From NCBI RefSeq assembly GCF_964204645.1, contig NC_134029.1:19462950-19526949 (forward strand): a stretch of DNA of 64,000 nucleotides, given 5' to 3'. The notes under the pieces were generated by a model. The model did no database searches and had not been told where the DNA came from. It worked only from the letters and a program-made list of their open reading frames with translations. A program made the translations under genes and the position numbers. How positions within the stretch are numbered: position 1 is the first letter of the stretch; every line of letters starts with the position of its first letter. This DNA comes from Tubulanus polymorphus (lineage: Eukaryota > Animalia > Nemertea). Below are positions 49,638 to 61,796 of the stretch, one piece after another.

Positions 49638-50880
49638 AGCCCGGAATAAGTCCATCCCAGGGCCCATAGCAAACACAGGTCATTTACAAATGACAAATTA
49701 GAGCGTAATACATTTACAAGGGAAAAGTTGAAATGTAGATGGTCGAAGCATTAAGCGAATGTTTTCATAACAGTTGATACAAACGTACACAAATCTGTTA
49801 ATACGTGATCATTTTTTTGTTGCATCAGAGCTCTGAATTTGAAAGGATTCGGATCAGCCAAGTAATATTGGGGGATTAGGCGCATTCTTACGTCGCTACT
49901 ATGATTACAACAAAAAAGATAATGATATTCATCACCGACACCATCGTTACATAGGGTACAAATACGTACGTTCCCCTCTATCTATCTGATCCCATCTCTC
50001 AGTTTCAACGCGGGTAGGTTTGATTTAAATTTGGAAAGAGGTTGGACCCTGCCCCAGAAGAATTTTGAAAATTTGATGTTCCGGTGTGGCCTTCAGGCGA
50101 TTTCAAATAAGGAGCTTTAGGTGGAAGGCAAACTGGTGAATCGTTATTTGTTCATTTACGATCCAATGCCCTGTATATTGTTTATACGAAAATGAATTAA
50201 TGAACCTACGTACAAATCTTAAGAAATATTCAGATTTAGATTCTTGAAATAGCGTCTTAAGCGTAATCTAATTTTCAAAACTCGACTAAAATTTAAACGG
50301 ATACGACAAAAATCACGATCAGAAAACACCGATACCGGTATAGAATATGCGCAGATAACCGGAATGATCAACCGCGTGGATGTGAGAATATTGATTGTTT
50401 ATCTGCGCGACTAATCCGAGACAACCCATTCACCACGCCATGCCTTACGAAAAATGCGAAATTAGTTGAGCCAATGATGAATTTTCCGCGCACGATCAAT
50501 CGTTCGACGATAATATATGCCCGCACTTTGAAGGGTCCTTTTTCGTTGATTAATTTACGCCCGTATCCAGTTTCGACTCGGGGAGATATTTGTCAACAAG
50601 ATGGCTGTCGTCGCCGGGTCAGATTAAAACCAGTTGCTAGGCGAGTTTAATATAGTTCTCTTAATCAATCATTTCGCGAATGGAAAGATGCTCGGCGCGG
50701 TATGATGTATTGCCGAGTGATATTGGATTAAAGAACATCGTGTTTCATTAGTCGTTCAGTTTCGCGATGTTAATCCTCCGGTTTTTCGAAGAAATCGTCA
50801 TACAGCGATGTGGAATTTCCTAACCACCGCGTTGGTGGTGGTTAATTTTCACTCGCCGAGAAGAAAAAGGCAACCTAATC

Positions 50881-51700
50881 GTTGTCAGCATTTTTGCGGC
50901 TTCTTAAATCTCGTTGTTATAGTAGGTCATCTGTAGGGATAAGCTCCATCGCTGAAAAGCCGGAGATAGCTTCCTCAGAAAGTAGAGAAAATATTCTTTG
51001 AATAAACCTCATAAAACTGTCTATCAAAATGTCAACTTCTAATTAATTTTGTAAATATAAGTATATCAAAATGTATTGAGCTTTGAGATGATGAATATGA
51101 ATTGAATTTTGTGTAATCTATAGATTTTCATATGCGTTGGTCAGCATTTTTCAGGCTTCTTAAATCAATAATCGTTAAAAACGCCAATGAATCGCTTGTT
51201 TTCGTAGTAGGTCATCTGTCAGCGACGAACTTCTGAAACCGAAAAGCAAGAGATAGCTTCTTCAAAAATTAAAGAATAGATGACTTTTGTTTGTACAGGT
51301 AGCACATTATTTTGATCAGTCATTGAAAACGGCAAAAAAGTAATAATGATAATAATGATAATCTTTATTTACATTATTATTATTATAACAAAATTATATT
51401 ATTATAAATCATAACATAACATAACACTTAGTTTTATAGATGCATAATTAGATAGATATATGAATATGTTACAGAAGCTATAATGTCAATGAAGGTGCCC
51501 GAGAGTCACTTGTCACAGGTCATCCTGCGGACTATGTCACTGAAAAGCCAGAGTTAGCTTCCTCGAAAAGGGAAGAATTGATAACATTTTTTGTACTAAC
51601 ATGGCAACACATTTTTTTTTCATAGCAGGTCATCGGTAGCGACAAATTCTATTACTGAGAAGCTTCTGAGTTAGCTTCCTCAAAATATAAAGAATGGACG
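50881..51700 (+). repeat. four degenerate ~70-bp direct repeats
   Basis: aggtcatc...(c)tgaaaagc..gag(a/t)tagcttc(c/t)tc at ~50921, 51206, 51515, 51624. Confidence 0.75.
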
Positions 51701-53048
51701 ATTTTCTGTAGCACAGCACAGAATATATCGATTGTACAGTCTGCGTATTGTATAAAGCGTAATTTCAATGGATATTCAAGTGGCAACATAATGCGATTCT
51801 TGAAGAGGGCATTTTCTTCAGGCCTGTCATCACTTCTCGTAAGGATATCGGTTCTTGGAAAAAGAGATTCTTACGATACGCGATAGCATTATCCGTAGCG
51901 AAATAAATCTCATTGATTTATTTCTTCGCCTCTGTCCTCCCAACATACGTATATATATATATATTACAATTTTATATACATATATATGTCTCGCCTGAAG
52001 TTCTTGCGGAGGAGTTTCGTCAAATGTCGAATAAGTCTTCCTTAATCCGCGGTGGAAAGTTCGGTCGACGGTGACGACGATATAAACCCCGCACGGTTAA
52101 CGAGATTAATTTGTTTTCGAGGCGTGGATTAACATTCTAGAATTCGTCAACAAACGCCAACGAGTGAAGAGCGTGAAATCTTACAAATGTAGCCTGAAGG
52201 GGGCACAGCGCATTCTGAGTCACGGCTAACGCAGTCTATCTCTGGCAGGCACAGCAGCTAAACGTTTTACTTCTGCGGCATCGTTTTCACATATTTTGTC
52301 ATCATTGCCAATTTAAATGTCAAATAGAAGCTATTTCTTCGAATTAGATTTTCGCTCGTAGGCGCGAAAATGCCTCGCGCGCTACTTCAAATCGTCACCT
52401 GACTGCGCGTATGATTACTAATTACAAAGCGGTTGTTGCCTCGGAAATTCTATAATTGTCGCTAATCACCATTTCGATGCTCTTTAATTCAACGACTACC
52501 GAAGATCGGCATTGATGATGATGTCGATCCGATCGCGACGAGCAATCGGAAGGAGTATTCGTTTCAAATCGTCGTTTCCTTCGTTCAATTCAATTTCAAT
52601 TCAATGGGGTTTCCGCTAGGCGGCAAACGAGGATTCCACTTATGGCAGGCGAGGATCCGCCAGGTTCGCTAGTGGTTACTCGGTTACCGCGCTTCAATTA
52701 CTCCTACATTTCAGTTAAATTCGAGTCAACTTTTCTCATTAGTGAATCAATTTCTAATGAAACTATATCACACACTATTGAGTCGTATCAATCTTATATC
52801 TATTTGATGACTTATTCGACAACATTTCTATTTTTGTGAGTTTAAAAATCCAGTTCAAAGTTCATTGAAAATGAGCAAATTTTCACTCGGTATAACTGAG
52901 TGTATTGTAGCGCCATCCGGTTTTCAATATTTCAATTTTCAATTTCAATTTATTTCACAGAAAAGCGTAACATTATTACAAGTTAAACAATTCATAAAGA
53001 GAGAAAAATATATGAATTTACAAAATTGTAGCGTTTGTGCTGTTACCC

Positions 53049-53280
53049 AATTTCAATTCAATTTCAATTTATTCCACAGAAAAACAGAACATTAAGATTA
53101 AAAGAAAATTAAACGATTAAAAAAAGAGAGAAAATATTTATAAATTTGCAAATATTGTAGGCGAGCGCGCTTTTCCATGTGGGCCTTGCAAAGCCTTGTA
53201 GGCCGCTAGCGCAGGTACCCGATGAAAGAGAGAAAAATAAAGAGATAGAGAGAAGAGAGGAAGATGAGAAACAGATGAGC
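53049..53280 (-). mobile_element. probable CR1/L2-type LINE 3' end
   Basis: minus strand: stem-loop, AATAAA, (ATTGA)n tail; similar tails at 43889-44012, 52585-52690, 52930-53030, 63140-63260. Confidence 0.45.
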
Positions 53281-54539
53281 TCGTACTAGAGAAATTACAG
53301 GAAAAATATTGATTGGTGTAGGAAATACATGTATAATGATAAAAATGAACGTTATATTCGTTATATTCTTTGGGCGAATCGGATGAACTTGATATCACTT
53401 CGGAATAAAGATCGCGTTGAATTGAATCTTAAAATCTCGGGTAATCTAATCGCGCTCTTTTGTTTGTCCGACAAGAAGCCCTACCATTTCCAAATACCAT
53501 TTGTTCTGCTGAGTCATTCGCATTGGAAACAAGCTGACATCAAATGAACTGTTACCTTTCATCCGTGGTATTTATTTCTCCGCGGTGGTCACAAAAGTAG
53601 CGTAATCAAGTTATCAAGCGTTTCGCTTAGAACAAAGGAATTATATTTTTTTTTATCGAAACAATCTTTTTTAAGGTGGTTGTCTTTGCAAATCGAATTA
53701 CGCTTGCTCCTTTCAGCGGGGTAGAAAGTGGACATTACGCGCCATTCCCACGGGGCCGTACATTTCAAAGAATGAATTTTGAAGAAAAAAAACGATGACT
53801 ATACACGTAACGCGCCAAACAAACGGATTCATTCGTAGAGATTTTTCACCTACTACGATGAAATTCGGACGTAAATCGAAAGTAGCCGGAAGGCGCGCGG
53901 CGAATGGACTGGCAGTTTATTCGGTTTACTCGGCGACGATCGTTGGCAAATCTTCCGCATCGTCAGATCCGAGCTTTGTTCAAACGGCAATCGAGTTTAG
54001 AGCGTCGTGAGTAATAGTTTCGTCAGGTTCACTCGAGTCATTAGCCACCAGCGAAGCATTGTTTCAACGCGGGTGATGACGAAGAACACGTCGGACTAAT
54101 CTATCCTAGAAATGCAATTTTTTAGGACACAACCTATCTACCAGGGGAAGGGGGAGATCGACTTAGTTCTATAACCAATGTAACAACTTAAGTCTTTAGA
54201 TTTGAGAACCGGCTCAGGGCTATAGCCTACTGCAGGTGACCAAGTTTATATTCATTTCAGGCATTTAACATACGGAAAAGTACGGGAAATGGCTTGTGTG
54301 ATGAATAAAAGAAGCAAGTTAACTGTTATATCCAATCCATTCATCACCAATAAGGCCCGCAAAGCTCGTGACAATGAATGTAGTGCCTGCGTTTCTAATT
54401 GTATTTCTTGCATCCATTCCAACAAATGTATTTGCATGATACACTGCGAATGTTTTGCTTAGGCCATCTCTGCCCTCCTGATATCAAAATATGTTTAATG
54501 CACAATTTGAATAATTCTATCTGTGCTCGAGTGTTTTTT

Positions 54540-54973
54540 TTGACGCCGTAAAAACCGTTACAATAATGTTTATATACATCGATACCTAGTATGCGTTATT
54601 TAAAGGGTTATGCGTGATGTGCACTACGTCATCAATATTGGTGTTTCAAAATAAAGAACATATACAATTATGAATTTTGGCGTTTATTTTGTAATTTGAT
54701 ATATTTCATAACTATTTTTAAATTTTTGACAAATTTCAATAATTATTTTTGAGAGGATGTGCCATTCGTCATCAATATATCGGGGCTGGACTGGTTGCCG
54801 TTCGATTCAATTCGATATATTCAAATCAAATTCAATTATCGATATATTCAAATCCAAAATAACCTCGATATTATATAGTTTCTTTTATATCATTCATTGA
54901 CGACAATATTAAGCAATCAATGTATGTGTTATTTTTCAAGGCGTCAACAAATTTTCAAGTTAGTCTTCTTGTT
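54540..54973 (+). mobile_element. HINE copy (most complete)
   Basis: tttttttgacgccgt...aaggcgtcaa-caaattttcaagtt..ttcttgtt. Confidence 0.65.
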
Positions 54974-55800
54974 GTAAACATTTTCAGCGTATAAACTTTG
55001 AAACTTTGTGACCACGTATAACGATGGCTAAACGAGCACGAAATGGCACTGCTGGATGTCAGCCACGTATGATAATTCTATAAAGGAATATCGGTCAGCC
55101 ACAATGATACCTGAGAAAGCTTTCATATTCATACAACCAGTCATACGAGTCCTCTCTCCATTATCTCAATTGTTTGCCTGTCAAAGCAAGGGAAGAATAA
55201 TAGCCGATATTGCATTGTGCGAAACGCCTAGCGCCTAAAAAAAGAAATCGTTTACCAAGTTGCAGGGCAATGCTACAGGATGGCCCGGGGGAGTGAAGAC
55301 AAATTTATTTAACCGTTATCTACTTAAAGAGCGAATTTGCAAAAGGAATTAAATCGATACGAGAAGGAAGACTACATGAATTCGATTATCAAACCAAATC
55401 AACATCAAAATGCCACTACGAATTACTGCAAATAATATCCGAGGATTTATACTTTTTCGATGGGATTTTCTCAGCTAGACTAGAAGCCCCCGTGTCAGCT
55501 ATAACGAAGCCTTAAGAACAGAAAAGTAATAATCTAAATACGAAATCACGAGTATTAGCGGACTAGAGATACTGAAGCGAGAACCGATCGACTAGGAATC
55601 TCGCACCAATCGCCGTTTGATCCACGTTGCGCGCAGAACGATAAGATTTTACAGGTTTATTGATTGCAAACTGATCTAACAGATTAGATTACTGGTGCCG
55701 ATAAATCACAGTGGATTTTTTCACTTGCTCTTTGCATGGAAATCAGTCGAGCGTTGATTCGGCTGTGCGACTGCAGCGGCTTATTCTCGTGTAACCTTAA

Positions 55801-56213
55801 AGCCCGACGCACACGACGCAGGGAAACATTGAAATACAGAAACACGTCACGCACACGACGCATTCCCCTGCGTCGTGTGCGTTGGGCTTAATCAAGCGTG
55901 TTTGATCTCGGAAACATTGTTTCCCGAAACCGTGTCCCGAAACCGTGTTTCGTGTTTCTCGTAAACGCACACGGCACAGGGAAACGCTCGGAAACATGTT
56001 TCTATCTCACGTTTCCGTGTTTTCAGCGAAATACAGAAACACGTAATGCACGCGATGCATTCCCAGCGTCGTGTGCGTTGGACTTAATCAAACATGCTAG
56101 GTTTTGGAAACATCGTTTCCCGAAACCATGTTTTAAACGCACATGACATAGAGAAACGCTCGGAAACGTGTTTCTGTTTCATGTTTCCGTGTTTTCCTGC
56201 GTCGTTTGCATAG
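55801..56213. mobile_element. tandem/nested family D Harbinger-like MITEs
   Basis: unit 55801-55888 has TIR agcccgacgcacacgacgcagggaa and TAA on both sides; two further partial units follow. Confidence 0.65.
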
Positions 56214-59200
56214 CCGTTATCTTTTTGTCGCGGCAGGAATCACGTTTCGGTACCTCGTTCAAGCCCACCGAATTTTTGTGTTATTTTGTTATTTTCGAAT
56301 AATATCGCCGCGAACAGAACAGGTGCGGTTGGCGGTACATGAGCAAACTCGGGAAAAAATCGACCAGAAATAGATGTTCTAAGTCGAATGTCGTTTCAAT
56401 TTCATTTGAAAGCTTTTCGTTGTTGACTTGACGAAACTGATACCGGAATAACTAAAAACAATGCTTATTTTCGTGGATCTTCCATGTTCACATCGATTGT
56501 GGGAGAGTGAACATTTTCGGAGCTTCATCCATTCACGGCCAAACATCTTTCGTAAATAGTCATAAAACTCCATCGCTTTCGGGATATCTTCGATATTTAT
56601 TCGGATGGAAGAGATAGAAATTCACAATGCGTCAGAAAATGAAAACTACTAGATTGTTAGAAACACTAGAATTTGAAGTCTATAAGAAATACCAAATTTC
56701 GGTTTTCAACTAAGAGTCATTATCAAGGAACGAACGATTGGGGTTTGAGTGCTTTGAGACTACTGAAATCTGGTCAGTCGGTTATCATACGATTCGGTAT
56801 AAGACGGCGCTATGGTTCGAAATGTACGTATGCCTTTTTATCGATCGGCCCCGCAAACATGAAGACTTCAACTTATAAATTATCAACGAACTCTCGCGCG
56901 TCTCTGCGGGATTTCGATGCGTAGAGATGATAACTGCCGCCAGACGAACCATTCACGTGTGTCGTTCCTTCTATTCGTCGACTGATCTGGAGAATTCTGC
57001 CGTTCACCGCGCGTGAATGGCGCCTGTTTTCGAAGTCGCGATAACGCCCGTTCCCCGGAGTTCGACGAGAAGAGAAATTAACCTCCCGACTCGGGAAAAT
57101 TGTTTATGTAATTTCGTTTTAATTGCTTTTGGGATTTGATTCCACCCGATATTTTGGACGCTTAATTGAATTAAATATCCAATTTTATTTTTCCTGACGG
57201 TGCCTCGTAACCGGATAGAGACGCGTGGCGAATAAGACGAAGTACGAAGATGCCGAATGAATAAAAAAAAGTATCTCACTATTTTACAAGTAATTTTGCA
57301 AGATTTTTCTCCGCCGCAACATTCGTTATATACTTCAAGACCCCCGAGGTGATACATTATGCGGAAATAGAGGAATAAACAGAAAAAATTCCTCTTCGAT
57401 ATTGTTTGTTGATTCAAATAGTTGTATGGGCGTATTGTGTAAACCCAGGAAACTGGGATTCGGACCAAACCTATATAGTCGACCTAACTTTAGAAACGAA
57501 AGAGCCTTCTGCTCGTCCAAACACCCAGTTGAACGCGTAAAGACCTAATGTGACCAATTTATTTGTTCTGGAAGTGTAGAAAAGTATATCGTGAATTCAT
57601 GTAATTTCTGGTCATACTGTATTTTAGAATTATTTACACGCGCACGCCGCACTAGCTTCCTTGAGTTGAGCGAATTTCCCGCTAGGTGTGCGTGGACTCA
57701 AATCCGCCCTAAATGAGTACGAGCCTTGCGCAGCGCAATTTGCGTGCCACAATTTTTCCATAAACGAGACCGCGTTACGCAATACCGTACAAATGAATTT
57801 GGCCCGTAGCTTCGAATAAATTCAATTTGCATTCAAATAAATTCGATTTCACTATCGAATTTTCGTTATTCAAAAACTCGACGAACCAAACACGCGCGTA
57901 AGAATCAGTCGTATGATTATCTTTTATTTGTAAAATGAGTTGCTGTTTGAATTTTACGCCTTCAGTCAAAACCATCTCGTCTCCCTAGAGCCCGCGGTGC
58001 TGCGCCAGAATACGAATATCACGTTGAAAATTTTCAATTTATTTGGCACATTCTTTTACGTTTCGTATCTCATACGACTTCGAATATAAAGACCGCACCA
58101 ATCAGGTTTTTTTCATACCCCTCTATCGTTCTTGGAAGCACCTGGGAATCCTTTTTCATTATTAACGGAAAATGCGAAACGATCAGTGGGAATTGCATCA
58201 TAGACGGTATAATTCCATATTTATTGATTATCGTATTATCGGTGATAATGGAAATTCGTTTCGGTGATAATTTGACAGTCGTCGCAGTCGGCGCCTTGTT
58301 ACACACGATCCGGCAGAATAACCCACGTATATACACGATGAACTTTGACACCGGCGCGAGGAGAACCTCTGATATGCGGTGTTAAGGCATCGGGCGCCCC
58401 GGCGTATTAGACTCGAGACAAATGACGTGAAAACGATAAGACGGGGAATATCGAATAAGATGTAACGGGTCACTATCGGCGGGCACCATCGTGCATGACT
58501 CGAATACTCGCCGAACGCGATCGATGGCTGGGAAAACATTATGTAGCGCCGCGCTCCTATGATTACTTCCCGGCTAAATTATAAGCTTTATGCGGTGCGC
58601 GCGAGTAGAGTCGGTTGGTATAAAAAGGTAAATGCTAGCTACTTCTCTCTCTCCCTCTGAGAGGAGGAAATCCACTGATTCAAACTGAAGATGACAGAGA
58701 AATTGTGCCAACGTGCAATAAAGCCAAGGCACCTGGACCGTGTTTCGGGATTGGAGAGTAAAAGACGGATTTAACCGAGTTCAATGTAAAAGAATATGGC
58801 CGATTCACAGAATCAAGTTGAATCAATTTTTCCAAAACTGGCGTGAGGAAATCTCCTGACTAGAGAAATGCAATGCGTGACTGATGATGTGTGGCATTCT
58901 TATTACATCGGAGCTCAGAATTTCGACTTTGATTTCAGTTATTGGGCATTGTAACAGCTTACTGGTGATAATCGTCATTTTTCCCAACTCTGACCATTTG
59001 CCGAGGATACCGTTTTGAACCATTAAGCTTTAGGCCAAAGTCCGCCCTTATCTCCTATATCTGGTATTAGCGCGTTCGTCGAATAGATATTGTTTAATCG
59101 AGCGTTGGACAGGTGGATATTGGACATACGGAACCAGAAGGACAAGATAAAAAACCAGAAATACCGTGTGCATATAAGTGTATTGAACGAAGTATATCCT

Positions 59201-59399
59201 TTTACTATTAGCGAAACCGTGTATTCGGATAAATGATATTTACAGGAAGACCTTGTCGCAACTAGTAGATCTGTTCGTTAGAATCTCGATATAGTCTATT
59301 TGCAAAGGGGTCAGGAAAAATCGTGGGGTAGTAGATTGCTATTAAGAATTCGAATGCAAAATGGCGCTATCGTCAGCGTTTGTTATCGATTTGAATATC

Positions 59400-59886
59400 G
59401 ATAATTGAATTTGATTGACCGGCAACCAGTCTAACCCCGATATATTGATGACATAGTGCACATCCTCTCAAAAAATAATGATTGCAATTTATCAAAATAG
59501 AATAAGAGTATATGAAGTATTGTCAATTACAACATATACGCCATAATTCAATATATTGTAATCGTCATGAAACGCTGATATTGATGACGTACTGCACGTC
59601 AGTGGATACTTTGATAACGTTAAAAAGAAGATTTTTTTTTTACCTTTTAAATGAGCCCACTCATATGCGCAATAAAATGGAAAAATACTTGCCTTAAACC
59701 AATCACCCTTAAATATATTATGGAATAATGGTTATGATTCTACGATGGTCTATTGATGGTGGGCTTCTCCGAATACCAAATAGAAAAATCTATATTGATC
59801 GAAATCTTGCAATTTACGAACCCCTTAAATAACGCATACGAGGTGTCATTGTATATAGAAATTATTGCGACGGTTTTTACGGCGTG
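59400..59886 (-). mobile_element. HINE copy with ~220-bp internal insertion
   Basis: reverse-complement homology to 54540-54830, interrupted ~59600-59820. Confidence 0.55.
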
Positions 59887-60463
59887 GAAAATGCATAAAA
59901 TATGGATATTTGAGGTACCCTAATCTGCTATATTCTATGTTTTGTCGTAACCCGATATCAAACTTTTTCCGGGGAACCACCAATAGCATCTTGGGTAAAC
60001 TTTATATGCAGTTGTTCGGAGTGAAGCGAATTGAAAGTCTATTCGCGACACCTCGTCGCGCGCATGCGCTGTTAAGACACACGTCGCTAGTCGATGACGT
60101 CGAGGCGGGCGGAGGCATATTGAACATTACACCGGAAATAGCTATCACGCATGATATATCGTTATTAAATGACGTTCACACACATAAAATGTTTTCACTC
60201 CGATAATCAAGCATGAACACGCACAGTCATCTGTGATTATCATACGCTCAATTCTGAACAAACACGCCGCTTTCGCCGTTTCTCTAAATAATCACGCGAA
60301 TATCAGAAAATAGGAATGTTCGCGAATATGTAGATGATGTTCGAAAATAATCACGTAAATATGATAAACATGTCGCCCAAATGTTGGTCGCTGTTTCAAA
60401 TATAAATTCAATAGACAAGTATATAACTGTCTTATTCGATTGACGAAATAGAAACAATTTGAA

Positions 60464-60517
60464 GAATAAACTACGAATAAACTACGAATAAACTACGAAT
60501 AAACTACGAATAAACTA
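60464..60517. repeat. (AATAAACTACG)n minisatellite, ~4.7 units
   Basis: direct inspection. Confidence 0.9.
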
Positions 60518-61550
60518 TCCGACATTTCGACTCAATTCTATCAGCCGTTTCAAAAATTGTTTTGAAAATTGCTCAAAGAATTGAGTCGAAAAGTAAAATA
60601 CTCTTGTCGTCTTCTCTACATATTGTGGGGTTTTCTTCAATTTACTTTGCATTTCCTTTATCATTCCAAAAATCTGCATTTCACGCCTTTCGACTTTACA
60701 ATTCGACTAAACCTGTAGTTCTTTTCCCATTTCGGAGGGCGATTTGGATGTTTTCAATCAATTTTGAATCACTTTCGGCATCGTGGCCTTGAACGAACGT
60801 GTATTGATGTAAACACCGGACCTTATTGTGTGATGTTTTGATTTTAACTTTGCTGGATGCTATGAAGTCGAGATGTTACGCGAAAGGTGAAGTTCTGCCA
60901 TTATGCGCATTTCTATCAATAAGAGCTTCAATTATGTGCTCAATTTTGTGGAAACATTTATATACATTATCTTATCTAACTTTATAAATATTGATTTTTA
61001 GTTGTGTATCGGTGCATTGCATTTATATACGAGTTTGAAGGATAGGAAAAATGTCTATTCTTTTAACAAATAATTATGAAAATGTTTTTGAAAAATACAT
61101 TCACTCAATTTTCAAACCTGTGGTCAATCAAAGTGAAGTGGGAATTAAAGAAAATGGTTCTCAGCTCGGTGATGTAGTCGTGATTAAAAAGCAGAGGTAA
61201 TCGGAGTAATTAATTGATTTTTGAATTTGGTCGCTACAATAACGCGGTTTCGTATGCGAATGATCAAATTTGTATGGAAATAATCAATTCGAACGACAGC
61301 GCCTCGATGATTGGTTTCAACTGTTCTGGAGAGATGGCAGCTCGTGTTCCGTCAACGTAGCGCTTGCTGGCTGTGGAGGATGCCGCCACTCTGCGGTTCT
61401 CATACAGAGAAAGAAATATAACTATTGTTGAGAATGAATTTTACTGAGAAGATGTTCGATAAAATACTAAGACAAACCATAATGCTTATCGATGATAATA
61501 ATGGTCGTTCCAAAGCTCTTCATGGCAAATCTTTCTGAACTTGCGTTTAT

Positions 61551-61796
61551 ATCCCACCATATATAAAATTAGAATAAGTTCATCTCTGTATGCAATCAAA
61601 TAAAGTCAGATTTTTTTAACGTTGAAAATTGACAATTTTGTAGAAAACCCACCAGGACTTTCGATCCAAATCCGCGACGAAGATCCATAGATTTGGATCG
61701 GAAGCTCTGGTGAGTTTTCTACAAGATTGTCTATTTTCAGCGTCTAAAAATCTTACTTTATCATCAAATTTATCGTTTTTTATATGATGTTGATAT
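61551..61796. mobile_element. palindromic Penelope-like element with degenerate hammerhead
   Basis: arms 61601-61673 / 61691-61760; gcGACGA-A-GATCCA(tagatt)TGGATC-GGAA-GCTC (GAAA retained on the opposite arm). Confidence 0.55.

Noticed and set aside
50881-51700. CRISPR-like repeat-spacer array or hammerhead repeat
   Set aside because: Eukaryotic context, degenerate repeats, irregular spacers, no cas genes; no GAAA after the stem.
55763-55781. Sequence resembling miR-210 (ctgtgcg..cagcggct)
   Set aside because: Mismatches from about position 8 and no pre-miRNA hairpin placing it on one arm.
57004-57468. 154-aa minus ORF
   Set aside because: Non-ATG start, low-information composition, no recognisable domain.
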